From the NCBI GenBank assembly GCA_049320885.1, contig JBMORA010000009.1, positions 288,001 through 352,000 on the forward strand: a stretch of DNA of 64,000 bases, in the 5' to 3' direction. This document shows positions 10,218 through 22,104 of the stretch, piece by piece. This DNA is from Thermodesulfobacteriota bacterium. Lineage in GTDB: Bacteria > Desulfobacterota > Desulfobacteria > Desulfobacterales > SURF-7. Position 1 is the stretch's first letter. Each line of letters begins with the position of its first letter. The position numbers and the translations under genes were made by a program. Below the pieces are notes generated by a model. That model ran no database searches. It saw only the letters and a program-made list of their open reading frames with translations, and was not told the DNA's origin.

Positions 10218-11264
10218 TTATTGGGCCGCCTTGCCGCCAAGGGAGTAGACACCCGAAATGTTGAATTCCAACGGTATGATGCGCCACAGGGCGTCGGCCG
10301 TTAAGGCTGCGCTCGCGATGGCGGTTCTGGGAATATAGACCACATCGTATTGCTGGATAAGGGGATCCATGACGGTTTTCCGGTCGATGACTTCACCCAG
10401 GTAAACCATTTGGACATCCGGCTGCCCGTTTTTCTTGCGTCGAATGATGACGACCTGGTCGGTCTCGGCCTCCGGACCCAGGCCCCCGGCCATGGAAATC
10501 AGCTGGGTGAGGGTGATGGGGCCGGGCAGCTCATAAAAGTCCGGACGCTCCACCTGGCCCATGACGTATACCCGGTTGGAGCGGGCTCGCAGCATGACGA
10601 CGGAAAGCGTCAGGTTGTTGATGAGCTTCTGATAGCGTGATTCCAGCCTGTCCCGCAATTCCTGGGTGGTGAGGCCTATAACCCTGATATCGTCGATATA
10701 GGGCAGCGAAATGCGTCCGTCGGGCCTGACCACCGCCAGGCGGGACATGCCCCGTTCCTGGTTGTAGATGGTGCGTTTCAGATCTTCCACCTTGGCGTTG
10801 AACCCGATGACCTCCACCGTGATCACCGGTCGTGTCAGGATCGAGGTGTAGCGCTCACTGATTTCCAGCGCCAGGTCGGTGGGTTTTTTCCTTACGGCGC
10901 GGATGTCCCCGACGGGCGACAGGGTGATTTTTCCGTCCGGCCGGACCCTGACCGTCCGGCTCATCACCGGATAATAATAGAAATCGACCCGCAGCATGTC
11001 TTCGGTGTCGATCGTATACTCCGGCGCCAATGTCCCCGGGTCGATGTGATACAGCACTTCCAGTTCGTCGCCCATGCCGATCAGGTAGGAGGCCGTCACC
11101 ACGGGTTTCGCGCCTTCGGGTTCCGCGGCCAGCGGTTTTGCCGGTTCAGGAGCGGACTTGCATCCTGACAGGGCCAAGACCATGACCGCCAGAACGGTGA
11201 TGATCGGTTGTTGCCTTTTCTCCCTGCAGTAACAGGGACGGGGGTTCCCTTTTTGCAATGCCAT
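10218..11264 (-). CDS. wza: Polysaccharide export (OPX/Wza-family) lipoprotein
   Basis: Lipobox LALSGC, YLIGMGDEL, VRPDGKITL, VRPDGRISLP, SLBB VYVMGQVERP, DVVYIP. Confidence 0.85.
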   Translation of the reverse strand: MALQKGNPRPCYCREKRQQPIITVLAVMVLALSGCKSAPEPAKPLAAEPEGAKPVVTASYLIGMGDELEVLYHIDPGTLAPEYTIDTEDMLRVDFYYYPVMSRTVRVRPDGKITLSPVGDIRAVRKKPTDLALEISERYTSILTRPVITVEVIGFNAKVEDLKRTIYNQERGMSRLAVVRPDGRISLPYIDDIRVIGLTTQELRDRLESRYQKLINNLTLSVVMLRARSNRVYVMGQVERPDFYELPGPITLTQLISMAGGLGPEAETDQVVIIRRKKNGQPDVQMVYLGEVIDRKTVMDPLIQQYDVVYIPRTAIASAALTADALWRIIPLEFNISGVYSLGGKAAQ

Positions 11265-11283
11265 GCTTCGATTCCTGTTGATC

Positions 11284-12060
11284 CTATTGCGGAACTTCCC
11301 TGAGCTGAATTTCCACGCGCCGGTCATGTTCCCATGCGAAGCGTTTGCCCTGATGATCAATGGTATATAGTTTGCCGCGCCCCTCCACCCGCATCCGGCT
11401 TTCCTCCAGACCGAACCCTTTCAGCGCGTCGTACACCGCCTGGGCGCGCTGGAGGGACAGAACCTGGTTGTAGGGGACGTTATGACGTTCATCCGCAAAG
11501 CCGATGATTTCGAGGCTGAAACGGTTGTTCTTCATGAATGCGGCGAACTGCTCGAGTTCCTTCAGGTAGCGCTTTTTCACGTTGTAGCGGTCGGTATCGA
11601 AAAAAACCACCGGCGGCAGAATGTACTTTTCCGTGACGATGGTTTTTTCGATGATTTCGGGTTTGCCGCCGCCGGCATCGGTTCCCTTGCGACTTCCATC
11701 GTCGTAACCGTCCTCGTCCATTTGGTCTTCCAGGGAAGCCGGAGCGTCAAAATTCAGGACGATGATTTTTTCGGGGATGGGCGGCAATTCCACCGTCAGT
11801 TCCTGTTTTAATTCTGGATGGTTGACGGCTACCGCCGTAATGCGCAGCGGGGTTGTTCCCAGATAGGAAACCGGCAGATCCAGGGGGGTGCGGCCGGCTT
11901 CCCGGCCATTGACGGTGATGTCCGCATCAGCGGTGGCGGATTCAATCCGGATATGCCCGCTGACGCCCTCTTCCGAACGTTGCCAGTGGGAAGGATGGCA
12001 TCCGCAAAACATTGTCGCCCAAACGCCCAAGCCAATAACAAGAAACCAGTGTCTCTGCAT
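11284..12060 (-). CDS. OmpA-family peptidoglycan-binding lipoprotein with N-terminal PEGA-like domain
   Basis: Signal ending FCGC; ADITVNGREAGRTP (PEGA-like); FFDTD, GFADE, YNQVLSLQRA, RRVEI (OmpA_C). Confidence 0.85.
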   Translation of the reverse strand: MQRHWFLVIGLGVWATMFCGCHPSHWQRSEEGVSGHIRIESATADADITVNGREAGRTPLDLPVSYLGTTPLRITAVAVNHPELKQELTVELPPIPEKIIVLNFDAPASLEDQMDEDGYDDGSRKGTDAGGGKPEIIEKTIVTEKYILPPVVFFDTDRYNVKKRYLKELEQFAAFMKNNRFSLEIIGFADERHNVPYNQVLSLQRAQAVYDALKGFGLEESRMRVEGRGKLYTIDHQGKRFAWEHDRRVEIQLREVPQ

Positions 12061-12129
12061 GTCGCTTCCATTTCCGGTGGAACTGTCGAACAGTCCTGGA
12101 TCGAACCACCTGATATGGATGTTCTCCTA

Positions 12130-13623
12130 TCATGGTTCTTTTTTTTTCTCAAGCAGTTGTTGCATGAGCCGGCGGGCTTTTTCATCACCCGGATTCCGCT
12201 CGAGGGCCCTTTTGAAGAGATTCCCGGCTTTGTCATAGTCCTTCAACCGGAAGCACAACTCACCGAAGCTCAACAGGAAATCCGGATATCCGACCTGGCG
12301 GTTCAACAGCAAATCGCCGATCTCCAGGGCCGATCGGGATTTACCAGCGGTTTTCAAGGTGTTGAACAGCATGATCCGGGCGCGGGTATAGGTCGGGTTT
12401 AGCTGGAGGGCTTCCCGGAAGGCCGTTTCCGCTTCCGCCAATTTTCCGGCCCGGTAGTGAAGCGAACCGATGCCGAATTGAAAATCCGGATAGCGGGTAT
12501 ACAGATGAGCAGCGCACCGGACCGCCTCAATCACCTGATCCAGCAGCCCGGGCAGGTTTTCATCCTCGATGGGCTCCGTCAGCATCAGCATTTCCACGAC
12601 ATTGGGAGCCGCCGCCAGGTTTTGGCCATAGGTGCCGATGGTTTGATGGAGCAGTGCCTCGGCCGTTCCGTTGTCTCTGGTTTCCGATTCGCGAACCCTA
12701 CCGGTTTTGTCGAAATATTCCAGCAGCAGCCTCAGGGAGCGATCATCGGGATACACCCGGCTTCCTTCCCTCAGGAGCCGGATGCCCTCCGGATGTCTCC
12801 CGCTGGAAAACAAGAGCATCGCCAGCTTGATCCGGGCCGCGGAAAAACCGGGATTTGCGGACAGGGCTTTTTGAAACCATTCCAGGGCCGCGGTTTGATC
12901 CCCACTCGTCGACCCTGAATGGACAGACCCCAGGTGATGGTACAGGTCCACATAATCCGGAAATTTTTCAAGCAGCAGGGAGAATTGAGCCGCAGCCTTA
13001 TCCGGTGCTCCCGTGTTCGCATACGCCGTGCCCAGTTTGATCCTTGCCGGCCAATAATGCGGATTGATGGCGACGGCCTGCTCAAAAGATGGTATGGCCA
13101 GCATGGGTTTTCCCGTGCCCAGATACGTCAATCCCAGGGTATAATGCAGATCTGCGTGATGGGGATATTGCCGGAGTCGCCGCCGGCAGGCATCCTCGAC
13201 CCGGTCCCAGATCCCGAGCCGATGAAACGCCGCGATGATTTTTAGACCCGGCGGGTAGTTATAGGGATTTATTTCCGCAATGCGCCGGTACAGGTCCGGG
13301 CTGTTCTCCCGGGCGCCGATTTTTTCATGGCAATGTCCCATGTATTCGTAGACCCGGCTCCTTTCCGGATCGATCCGCAGGGCCTGTTCGAATTCACTTA
13401 GGGCGCCCAGATAATTGCCCATGGAGAACAGGATTCTTCCCAGATCGTAATGGGCCTGGGCGCAATAAAAGGATGCCAGACGATAGCTCAATCCGCCGCT
13501 AGTGGTGTCCGTGATGATCTTCTGAAACAGCGGGATCGCCTGCCGGTAATGCCCCTGATTGAACAGGCCGATGGCCCGGTCATACAATCTGCGGTTACCT
13601 TTTGACCATATACGTTTGATCAT
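12130..13623 (-). CDS. Tetratricopeptide repeat protein
   Basis: Multiple TPR motifs (ADLHYTLG...FEQAVAINP; AFREALQLNP; FKRALERNP). Confidence 0.85.
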   Translation of the reverse strand: MIKRIWSKGNRRLYDRAIGLFNQGHYRQAIPLFQKIITDTTSGGLSYRLASFYCAQAHYDLGRILFSMGNYLGALSEFEQALRIDPERSRVYEYMGHCHEKIGARENSPDLYRRIAEINPYNYPPGLKIIAAFHRLGIWDRVEDACRRRLRQYPHHADLHYTLGLTYLGTGKPMLAIPSFEQAVAINPHYWPARIKLGTAYANTGAPDKAAAQFSLLLEKFPDYVDLYHHLGSVHSGSTSGDQTAALEWFQKALSANPGFSAARIKLAMLLFSSGRHPEGIRLLREGSRVYPDDRSLRLLLEYFDKTGRVRESETRDNGTAEALLHQTIGTYGQNLAAAPNVVEMLMLTEPIEDENLPGLLDQVIEAVRCAAHLYTRYPDFQFGIGSLHYRAGKLAEAETAFREALQLNPTYTRARIMLFNTLKTAGKSRSALEIGDLLLNRQVGYPDFLLSFGELCFRLKDYDKAGNLFKRALERNPGDEKARRLMQQLLEKKKEP

Positions 13624-13674
13624 CGCATTCCTTTTTCCGGACCGCCCGCGGGATGGATATCCGGAAAGCCCTTC

Positions 13675-15105
13675 CTATTTGGCGCCTTTCCCGGACAATA
13701 CCACGGGGATCGTGTAAAACAGGATTTTCAAATCCAGCAGCAGATTCCAATTTTGTGTGTAGTCGATATCCAGGCCCATCCATTCTTCAAATTTGACGAT
13801 ATTGCGCCCGCTGATCTGCCACAGACCGGTCATGCCGGGTTTGACGCTGAAGCGCAGACGATGCCGGTCATCATAAAAAAGTTCGAAATCCCGCACCGGC
13901 AGGGGGCGCGGTCCCACCAGGCTCATGGAGCCCAGGAGCACATTCAGGAGCTGGGGCAGTTCGTCCAGGCTGGTCCGGCGGAGCCAGTGTCCGCTTCGGA
14001 TCACGCGGGGGTCGTTGGTCATTTTAAAGGCGGCCCCGTCGCTGTATTCATTATGGATTTCCAGGCTTTCCATCATCTGGTCGGCGTTGCGGACCATGGT
14101 GCGGAATTTGAAAATCCGAAATCTACGCTTGTTCAATCCGATTCGCTCCTGGGTGTAAAAAACCGGGAAGCCGTCATCCCATGCAATCCAGATGGAGATG
14201 ATCAGAAAAACCGGCGCCAGCAGGATCAGGCCGACCAATGATCCGACAATGTCGATCCAGCGTTTGATGTCGTACTGCAGTTTGGTGGCGTATCCCCGGG
14301 TGGCGAAATAGAGCAACGGGTGGTCGGCGTCCGGCTGGACCATCTGCCGGACGTTTTTCTGCAAGGTGAAGATATTCGCGGCCAGTTGCACGTTGACGCC
14401 CTGGCGGGCGCAGAGTTCGATGATTTTTTGAATACGGTCGTAATGGCTTCGGATGGGCAGGGCAATGATGACGGTATCCGTGGGCTGATTGGAGATGTCA
14501 TAATTGAAATCCGAAAGGGTTCCCAGTTTCGCCTGGGCGCCGATGGTTTTTGCCTGTTCATATCCGGACGGATTCTCGACAAAATCGAAAAAAGCAACCC
14601 GGGTCTGGGGGTTCAGGAGCGACCGGTACATTTCCAGGGAACGGTCGTTGATGCCGACGATGGTCACCTGGCGGATCATCCGCTTGTCCAGCATGGATTG
14701 AAGACCGAAAACCAGGGAGCGGTACAGGAAGAACGCCGTTATCAGGATGCACCAGGAGACCCATGCCGGCAGAAGCCGAAACGGGATAATGTCAAAAAAA
14801 TGCAATCCGACAATCTGAACGACTGCGCCTGCCGTCACCGCCAGGGGCAGTTTTCTGGTCCATTGAGGCCGTTCCGGAAGCATGTCCCGGGGATACAGCT
14901 CCAGACAGTTGAAAATCGTTATCCAGAAAAGGGCAAGCGCCGTCATGACCAGGAACTGTCCAATGGTTGCCTGCCGTACCAGCAATCCGGCAGGCTCCGG
15001 AATCCCGCTGGTTGAAAAATAGCTCTCGACACCGAAGAAAACATAAAAAATCAGTGTGATATCAACAAGCTGTAATAAAATTTGAACTGGGGCTCGATTT
15101 TTCAA
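13675..15105 (-). CDS. Polyprenyl glycosylphosphotransferase (priming sugar transferase, WcaJ/WbaP family)
   Basis: KRWIDI, FKFRTM, DPRVI, SLDELPQL, SLVGPRP, KPGMTGLWQ; TTG start. Confidence 0.92.
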   Translation of the reverse strand: MKNRAPVQILLQLVDITLIFYVFFGVESYFSTSGIPEPAGLLVRQATIGQFLVMTALALFWITIFNCLELYPRDMLPERPQWTRKLPLAVTAGAVVQIVGLHFFDIIPFRLLPAWVSWCILITAFFLYRSLVFGLQSMLDKRMIRQVTIVGINDRSLEMYRSLLNPQTRVAFFDFVENPSGYEQAKTIGAQAKLGTLSDFNYDISNQPTDTVIIALPIRSHYDRIQKIIELCARQGVNVQLAANIFTLQKNVRQMVQPDADHPLLYFATRGYATKLQYDIKRWIDIVGSLVGLILLAPVFLIISIWIAWDDGFPVFYTQERIGLNKRRFRIFKFRTMVRNADQMMESLEIHNEYSDGAAFKMTNDPRVIRSGHWLRRTSLDELPQLLNVLLGSMSLVGPRPLPVRDFELFYDDRHRLRFSVKPGMTGLWQISGRNIVKFEEWMGLDIDYTQNWNLLLDLKILFYTIPVVLSGKGAK

Positions 15106-15297
15106 GATGATTTGGCATGTTTGATGATAAACTCACCCAAACGGTCCGAAAAACTTCCGCAGGATTTTATATTCATAACAGATCCAAACGGTTTGGTCAA
15201 TTTATGATTTGCGGAATAATCCAAGTTGACGGAAGTGGGTCGCATGTCGTATGAAATTTATTTTATTTGTGAAACGAGATGAAAGAACTGTGGATCC

Positions 15298-16194
15298 ATG
15301 AGAATAGTGACACGACCCGATTTTGACGGCATCGCCTGCGCGGTGCTGCTCCATGAGGCGCTGGCCATTCAGGAACCGGTTACATGGGTTGAACCCAATG
15401 ACATGCAGAAAGGCCGGGTGGTCATTCAACCGGGCGATGTAATCGCCAATTTGCCCTATCATCCCGCATGCTCCTTGTGGTTCGATCATCATTTTTCCAA
15501 TCGGATCGACACCCCGTTCCAGGGAGAGTACCGGATCGCCCCGTCCGCCGCCGGGATTGTTTTTGATTATTATAAGGAAAGATTCAAAAAAGACTTCGGC
15601 GAATTGGCTGCGGCGGCGGATAAAATCGATTCCGCCGATCTTTCCAGCGATGAAGTGCTCCAGCCGGAAAAATATCCATATATCCTGGTTTCCATGACCG
15701 TCAAGGGCCACCAGAAGGAGGACGAACCCTACTGGAACACCCTTGTCGACCTGTTCCGGGAACAGGAACTATCGGATATCTGCGGGCATGGGGAAGTCCA
15801 GGCCCGATGCCAGGCGGTTATCCGCGAGAACCGGCTGTTCGGAGAAATCCTGCAACGGCACACCACGGTGGACCGGCATGTATCCATCACGGATCTGCGA
15901 TCCTTTGACCGGGCGCCGAGCGGCAACCGCTTCCTGGTGTATTCCCTTTTCCCCCAGGCGGTGGTCAGCGTGAAAATCCGGTACGACGATCGGAACCGGG
16001 AAAAAATCATCGTCAGCGTGGGTCACAGCATTTTCAACCGCAATTGCCGGGTGAATGTGGGAAAGATGCTGTCGGCCTTCGAGGGCGGCGGCCACAGGGG
16101 GGCCGGAGCCTGCAGCTTCCATTACAGCAAAGCCGATGATTATATAAATGAAATTGTTGAAATACTGCTGCGGAATGAACCCAATGATCCTTGA
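15298..16194 (+). CDS. DHH/DHHA1-family phosphoesterase (exopolyphosphatase-like/nanoRNase-like)
   Basis: RPDFDG, WFDHH, PSAA, GGGHRGAG. Confidence 0.82.
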   Translation: MRIVTRPDFDGIACAVLLHEALAIQEPVTWVEPNDMQKGRVVIQPGDVIANLPYHPACSLWFDHHFSNRIDTPFQGEYRIAPSAAGIVFDYYKERFKKDFGELAAAADKIDSADLSSDEVLQPEKYPYILVSMTVKGHQKEDEPYWNTLVDLFREQELSDICGHGEVQARCQAVIRENRLFGEILQRHTTVDRHVSITDLRSFDRAPSGNRFLVYSLFPQAVVSVKIRYDDRNREKIIVSVGHSIFNRNCRVNVGKMLSAFEGGGHRGAGACSFHYSKADDYINEIVEILLRNEPNDP

Positions 16195-16207
16195 GCGGGA
16201 GCATCCG

Positions 16208-17449
16208 TCAAGATGATCTGGAAGGGAATTCCACATAAAAGTGCACACCCCGGCCGGGGATGCTTTCACACCGCAGTTCGCCTTTCAGTTTTCGGACAAC
16301 CAATTCATGAACCACGTGCAGTCCCAAGCCGCTGCCGCCTTTGCCGCGCCTGGTCGTGAAAAACGGTTGGAAAATTTTATCTAGATGTTCCCGGGGGATT
16401 CCCCGACCGTTGTCCTGATAATGAATGCGGACGTTACCATTGGCCGGCGCTGCCTGAATTCGGATTTCATTCCCTTGGGTTGTCTCAAAACCATGGACCA
16501 GGGAGTTGGTCACCAGATTGGTGATGATCTGGCACAGGGCGCCCGGGAAGCTGGTGAGCACCATTTTCTCGGGGCATTCGACCCGAATGGCATGGGGAGG
16601 GGTGCGCATACGGGGGGACAGACTGACAAGGATTTCCTCCAAATATTCCTTCAGGTCAAAAGCCCGCGGTTCATCGCTGCATTGGTCGACGGCCACCGTC
16701 TTGAAACTTCTGATCAGCCTGGAAGCGTTGCCGAGATTGAGCTGGAGCATATGGAGCGACTCGAAAACGGTTTTGCAGAACTTGTCGACATCCGCTCGTT
16801 TCAGGGCTCCGTTCAAAAACTCCCGGTGCAGTTTTTGGGTGAGTTCCTGCAAATGGGAGGTGACGGTCAGGCCGATGCCGAGGGGCGTGTTGATTTCATG
16901 GGTCGCACCGGCGACCATGCTCCCCAGGGCCGCCATTTTTTCCGCCAGGATCAGCTGATCCCTGGCCTGTTGGATGGTATCGACGGAATTCCTCAGCTCC
17001 GCGCTTTTTTCGATCAACTCCCGGGTTCTTTCCGCCACCAGTCTTTCCAGATGATCCCGGTGTGATTTCAAATCAAGATGGGTCCGGATTCTCGCCCCGA
17101 TGACGGCGGGCCGGAACGGCTTGGTGATGTAATCCACCGCACCCAGGGAAAATCCCATGGCTTCGTCTTCCGTATCGCTTCGGGTGGTGATGAAGATCAC
17201 CGGAATATCGCGAGCGGCCGGTTCCGATTTGATCCGACGGCAAACCTCATGACCGTTCATTCCGGGCATGACGATATCCAGCAGAATCAAGTCCGGCGGA
17301 TGCTCGGACATGGCGATTTCGACGGCCGTCGATCCGGAGGCGGCGACCCGGATCTCGTAGTCATGGGACAGCATTTCCCCAAGCAGGATCAGGTTCAGGG
17401 GCTCATCGTCCACAATCAGGATTTCCGCTTTTTTATCAGGATCGGTCAT
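16208..17449 (-). CDS. Receiver-histidine kinase hybrid
   Basis: [49 protein letters not shown]. Confidence 0.9.
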   Translation of the reverse strand: MTDPDKKAEILIVDDEPLNLILLGEMLSHDYEIRVAASGSTAVEIAMSEHPPDLILLDIVMPGMNGHEVCRRIKSEPAARDIPVIFITTRSDTEDEAMGFSLGAVDYITKPFRPAVIGARIRTHLDLKSHRDHLERLVAERTRELIEKSAELRNSVDTIQQARDQLILAEKMAALGSMVAGATHEINTPLGIGLTVTSHLQELTQKLHREFLNGALKRADVDKFCKTVFESLHMLQLNLGNASRLIRSFKTVAVDQCSDEPRAFDLKEYLEEILVSLSPRMRTPPHAIRVECPEKMVLTSFPGALCQIITNLVTNSLVHGFETTQGNEIRIQAAPANGNVRIHYQDNGRGIPREHLDKIFQPFFTTRRGKGGSGLGLHVVHELVVRKLKGELRCESIPGRGVHFYVEFPSRSS

Positions 17450-20267
17450 GGCGCTCTCCATTTGTTCCGGCGATAACAGCTACCCGCCGCGGGGTCTCTT
17501 CCTCGGGTTGGATTTTTTTCATCAGGCCAAGCACCGTGGCGGCTCCTTGCCGGAAATCAAAGCTCTCCACCTGCTGCTGGAGAATCAATAAATCATCGTG
17601 GAACGTGGCCTGTGTCCAAAGCCGTTTCTTGATGGCATTGAAATACGCCAACGAACGATAGTTGTTACCCAGCAGAAAGGTTTTCAGCTGTTCCAGCTCG
17701 GGGATGGTCACCGGCGTCGCCATCATGGATTCCACCTGCGCGGTTCCCGGCTCCTTGGGTAGCAGCGGTCCGATCTTCGATACGGCATCCCCCAGGCGGC
17801 CGATGGCCGTCCGGTAATGTTCCAGGCTTTCCTGAACCCTCGCCGCGGCAAATTCGGGATTCGGTTCGGCCAGGGCGGCCTCGATTTCTTTGACCGCGGT
17901 CCGCACCGCATTCGCTCCCAGATTCGCGCTGACACCGCTGATGGTATGAAGAAGCTCACCGGCCGCCCGGAGGTCCTGATGTTCAATTGCATGCCGGAGG
18001 GTGTCGGCGGAATCCCGGTATTGCTTCAAAAAGGCTTCCAGCAGGCTGCGATAGAGGTCGTTTTTCCTGCCGACCCGTTCCAGGCCGGACCGGAAATCAA
18101 GGACCTCCTCCGAATCAGGCGGCCGGGGCCGCAGATCCACCGAATCCACGGGAAGGGCCCGCAATCCCGGAAGCCATTTTTCAAGGCAGGTGAACAACTG
18201 GTCCGCATTGATGGGTTTGGTGATATAGTCGCTCATTCCCGCGCCCAGACATTTTTCACGGTCGCCGGGGGTGGCGCCAGCTGTCATGGCAATGACTGGA
18301 AGGTTCCGAAGCCGGAGGCGGTTGCGGATCAACCGGACCGCCTCCAAACCGTCCATTTCCGGCATCTGGATGTCCATCAGAACCGCATGGTAGGTGCGCT
18401 CCTTGATCCGGTCAACTGCCTCCCGGCCATTGCCGGCCACATCCACTGAAAAGCCGAGATGTCGCAGCATTTCGGAAGCCACCATCTGATTGACGGGATT
18501 GTCCTCCACCAACAGAAGCTGAAACGTTGCCGTGGGCGTCATTTCGGGACGGGGGCGGTGATCCGGCTGGATATCCGCTGGCGGGGCGGCCGGCATTTTT
18601 GCCGTCATGGCTTGAATGTCGTCGGCCGCGGCTGTTTTGAAAGCGACTGCAAAGGAAAAGGTGCTGCCCTTGCCCGGCTGGCTTTCCACCCGGATGTCGC
18701 CATTCATCATCCGGGTGATCCGGCGGCAGATGGCCAGGCCGAGTCCGGTTCCGCCGTACCGGCGTGTGGTGGTTCCATCCGCCTGGGTGAAGGCTTCAAA
18801 TATCTTTTCAAGTGCCTGGGGTTGAATGCCGATGCCGGTATCCTGAACGTGGAACAGAATCCCGGTTTGTTCCCGGGATTGAAACTCCGGCTGGACCGTG
18901 ATGCGGATGGCACCCGTATCCGTGAATTTCAGGGCATTGGAAACGAGATTGAGCAGCACCTGTTGCAGGCGGAACGGGTCGCCGACGACCACATCAGGAA
19001 GGGCGGGGCTGATGGATACGATAAAGTCCAGTTTTTTTTCAGCTATCTGGGGGCGGTACATCTCGGCGGTGACCTCCACCACCTCCCGGACGGAGAAAGG
19101 GATGGATTCGAAGGCGAGCATCCCGGCCTCGATCTTGGAAATGTCCAGGATGTCGTTCATCAAGGTCAACAGGGATTGCGAGGAAGCGCTGATGATCCTC
19201 AGGTACTCGGCCTGTTTCGGCTGCAGACAGGTGCGCATGACCAGGGAACACATGCCGATGATGGCATTCAGGGGCGTCCGGATTTCATGGCTGATATTTG
19301 CCAGAAAATCGCTTTTGGCCCTGGCCGATGCTTCACTGGCGGCTTTTTCCCGCTGCAGGCGCTGGTGGGTGGCGGATGTAAAGGCCACGATGATTCCAAG
19401 GCCGATGGCGAAAGCCATGATCAGGACGACCACCAGCTGGGTGGCGGCGACATCTTTTTCCACGGCCTTCCGGGCCAGCTGCATTTCCTTCCAGCCGCCG
19501 ATGTAAATTTTGTTGGCCAGGCCTGCGATTTCCGGAGCGATGGGCAAAATCGTGGTATTGACCTCTTCTTCCATTTTCCGGGAAACCGAGACGATTCCCT
19601 CCATATAATCCCGGTAATCCTCCACCGCCAGGATCAGTTTCCGCACGCGGCTGTCCGACAGCGGCGACAGTTCGGCCAGCACTGTGTTCAGGAGTGCCAG
19701 GGTTTCCTCCGCCTGGGCTGGATTGAATTCCGTCAGATATTGCTGGAAGCTGAAACGCGCCTCGTCAAAGCGGTGATGACAGTCGGGCGGTGCCAGGTTT
19801 TCGGCCGCCAGCCGCTGAAGATCGGTGTGGATTTCCTTCCCGAGACGGCACAAGGCCTCCTTATTGCTGTTGCGGGCGCGGTAGCGGATGACGACATTGC
19901 GGTATTTGGAAATGTAGTGTCCGGTCAACGCCCGAATGCGCTCGATGGAATCGCGGATTTTCGGATCGGCAATCCGTTGGGCGGCGCTCCGCAGAATGGT
20001 TTCCGCTTCCCGCATTTTTTTTTCCGCTTCCTGATTGTCCTCTTCCTTGTTGAGGTAGAGGAATTTTTCCACCGCCGTGCGCATGCCCAGGATGACCGTT
20101 TCAATTTCATATGCCAGGCTGAGTTTCGCGAAAACCTCCCTGGTCAGAAAGTTGACGCGGGTCTCGAGGGACTTGGCCTGAAAAATGGAAATGGCGGACA
20201 TCAGCGCAAACAGAAAAACCAGGAGCACATAACCGGTGAACTTCAGTTTTCGGAGGCTGATTTTCAT
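17436..20267 (-). CDS. Membrane hybrid sensor kinase (helical periplasmic sensor-HisKA-HATPase-REC-Hpt)
   Basis: 2 [50 protein letters not shown] (Hpt). Confidence 0.92.
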   Translation of the reverse strand: MKISLRKLKFTGYVLLVFLFALMSAISIFQAKSLETRVNFLTREVFAKLSLAYEIETVILGMRTAVEKFLYLNKEEDNQEAEKKMREAETILRSAAQRIADPKIRDSIERIRALTGHYISKYRNVVIRYRARNSNKEALCRLGKEIHTDLQRLAAENLAPPDCHHRFDEARFSFQQYLTEFNPAQAEETLALLNTVLAELSPLSDSRVRKLILAVEDYRDYMEGIVSVSRKMEEEVNTTILPIAPEIAGLANKIYIGGWKEMQLARKAVEKDVAATQLVVVLIMAFAIGLGIIVAFTSATHQRLQREKAASEASARAKSDFLANISHEIRTPLNAIIGMCSLVMRTCLQPKQAEYLRIISASSQSLLTLMNDILDISKIEAGMLAFESIPFSVREVVEVTAEMYRPQIAEKKLDFIVSISPALPDVVVGDPFRLQQVLLNLVSNALKFTDTGAIRITVQPEFQSREQTGILFHVQDTGIGIQPQALEKIFEAFTQADGTTTRRYGGTGLGLAICRRITRMMNGDIRVESQPGKGSTFSFAVAFKTAAADDIQAMTAKMPAAPPADIQPDHRPRPEMTPTATFQLLLVEDNPVNQMVASEMLRHLGFSVDVAGNGREAVDRIKERTYHAVLMDIQMPEMDGLEAVRLIRNRLRLRNLPVIAMTAGATPGDREKCLGAGMSDYITKPINADQLFTCLEKWLPGLRALPVDSVDLRPRPPDSEEVLDFRSGLERVGRKNDLYRSLLEAFLKQYRDSADTLRHAIEHQDLRAAGELLHTISGVSANLGANAVRTAVKEIEAALAEPNPEFAAARVQESLEHYRTAIGRLGDAVSKIGPLLPKEPGTAQVESMMATPVTIPELEQLKTFLLGNNYRSLAYFNAIKKRLWTQATFHDDLLILQQQVESFDFRQGAATVLGLMKKIQPEEETPRRVAVIAGTNGERHDRS

Positions 20268-20277
20268 GAGCGGGCGT

Positions 20278-21756
20278 CTAGAACCGGATATCTACCAGCA
20301 GGTAATAATTGGTTGTCTTCATATCGCTCTCCCGGGGCTCGCCGTACAACGGACTGAAATAATCATGGTCCGCCAGAATCGCGCCGGCTCTCAGGAACAT
20401 GGTGTTCTTGTGCAGCGGCTGGATATAGTAGAGTTCCCCGGCATGCCCCCGGGTGGCGAGCTTGTTGAACAGGCTGCCGCTGCCGGAAGAAAGCAGCCCC
20501 AGCCAGTATTCGGAGCCGTAATTGTATTCAAGGCCGACCCTGGGGAAACGGAGAAAAGACAGCGGCAACTGGTAGCGGACGCCGGTGAACACACCGTGGC
20601 CCTGCAGATCATCGCCGATGGTTCCGCTGATGTTGTCGGAATAGATGCTGGCTTCATACCCATTTTCGAAGAGGGTTCCGGAGGGGGCCAGATCCATGCT
20701 GATGTGGGTATAGGCGCCGAACCAGTCCAGACCCGATCCCGCAAGATCATTGAACTGCAGATGCAGCGTGGCCATATCCGCGTAGCCGGTACTTTCGGGA
20801 TAGCTTACTATTCCGGGCAGGTCTTTCAGGGGGGCCAGATCCATGCGGACGTAACTCAGCCAGAGCAGGGAGCTGCGGACGTATGGCACTTCCGTTTCAA
20901 AAGCCGCCCCCATGCCGCGCACATCATCAAAATCCAGCGTGCGGCCCATGTACCGCAGGTAGTGCTGCTGGAATTTGGTGTAGACCAGCCGGAACATGCT
21001 GTTTTTGAGACCGGTCAGGCGGTCCAGCGACAGGGAAGCGATGAGACCGTCGGCCTCCACATCGTTCAGCATCACCGGCCAAGTGGATTTACGGGTGGTG
21101 TTGTCCTTCAATTCATTGGGAGGGCCGTCACTTGCCGGTAACCGGCCGAAGGTGATTGACAGCGGCGTTCCTTCGATAAAATAATCGATGTAAGCCCTTT
21201 CCACATGCAGGTCGCCTTCCGGGTCCGGGAAGCTGGGGTAGCTCCAGTCGGACGGCTCCTGGTCGAAGGTGTATTCGCCAAACAATTTATAGTAGGACAG
21301 CCGGCCGTGAAAAATGATGTTCTCCCGGATGTCCGAGCGAAGGCTGATACGCAGCCGGTTGGACCAGACTTCCTCGGCGCTGCCGTCGACCGTTTCGCCC
21401 GCGAAGGAGAGGTCCTGGTGCCGGATGGTCTCCAGACGGGTGCGGAATTCGCCGGTGAGTTTGATTTTATCCAGAATCGATTTGGTTTCGATGGTGTCGA
21501 GCCGGGAGGACATGTCGTCCAGTTCCTCCTGAAGGATCCCCGCCTGCTCCGTGGAGGACGGCCGGGTTTCCGTCTGGTTGGGTCCTTCCTGTTGCGACGC
21601 CGGGTCAACGGGCGGGGCGCTGGAATCCATCCGGTCCGGACCCGAATCCGGGCTGTTTTCCAAAAGGTCGCCCTTGGCCGGAACGGCGGCGATCAAGATC
21701 AAAAAGGCGAACAGTGGTGTCAGCACCGCCCGAGACGACCATACCCATTTGTGCAT
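20278..21756 (-). CDS. DUF3373-like outer-membrane beta-barrel (porin-like) protein
   Basis: Signal peptide, short coiled coil, [17 protein letters not shown], alternating beta-strands, C-terminal Phe. Confidence 0.7.
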   Translation of the reverse strand: MHKWVWSSRAVLTPLFAFLILIAAVPAKGDLLENSPDSGPDRMDSSAPPVDPASQQEGPNQTETRPSSTEQAGILQEELDDMSSRLDTIETKSILDKIKLTGEFRTRLETIRHQDLSFAGETVDGSAEEVWSNRLRISLRSDIRENIIFHGRLSYYKLFGEYTFDQEPSDWSYPSFPDPEGDLHVERAYIDYFIEGTPLSITFGRLPASDGPPNELKDNTTRKSTWPVMLNDVEADGLIASLSLDRLTGLKNSMFRLVYTKFQQHYLRYMGRTLDFDDVRGMGAAFETEVPYVRSSLLWLSYVRMDLAPLKDLPGIVSYPESTGYADMATLHLQFNDLAGSGLDWFGAYTHISMDLAPSGTLFENGYEASIYSDNISGTIGDDLQGHGVFTGVRYQLPLSFLRFPRVGLEYNYGSEYWLGLLSSGSGSLFNKLATRGHAGELYYIQPLHKNTMFLRAGAILADHDYFSPLYGEPRESDMKTTNYYLLVDIRF

Positions 21757-21771
21757 ACATGACCTCCGTTA

Positions 21772-22104
21772 CTATTTCATTCCGGCAGCGATGGGGCGGT
21801 CCGAGTCCGCGGCATGTTCCATGAGATATTGTTGAATTTTAGATCGCTCTTCCGGGGTGATCAATTGATGGATATCCTGTTTGCGCTGATGTTTTTCCCG
21901 GGAAAAAAAGCGTTCCCATTGAACCGCGGCGAATTTGACCGGCGCCATCACCGGCGCTTTGCCGCCTTCCGCGTGACAGGCGCCGCATTTGCCGTAAAAC
22001 AACTGTTCGCCGTCCATGGTATCCGCGATGGCATCGGCCGCAAGCAAGGCCGCGGCGACTGTAAGGATGAGGATAGGGATGGTCCTGGGCGCTAATGGAT
22101 TCAT
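21772..22104 (-). CDS. Small periplasmic monohaem cytochrome c
   Basis: Signal peptide, GEQLFYGKCGACH (CxxCH), QWERFF, YLMEHAADS. Confidence 0.8.
   Translation of the reverse strand: MNPLAPRTIPILILTVAAALLAADAIADTMDGEQLFYGKCGACHAEGGKAPVMAPVKFAAVQWERFFSREKHQRKQDIHQLITPEERSKIQQYLMEHAADSDRPIAAGMK

Noticed and set aside
15298..16194. DHH/DHHA1 protein as the c-di-AMP phosphodiesterase partner of the DAC protein
   Set aside because: It is 31 kb away, and the family includes nanoRNases and pAp phosphatases; nothing in the sequence links them
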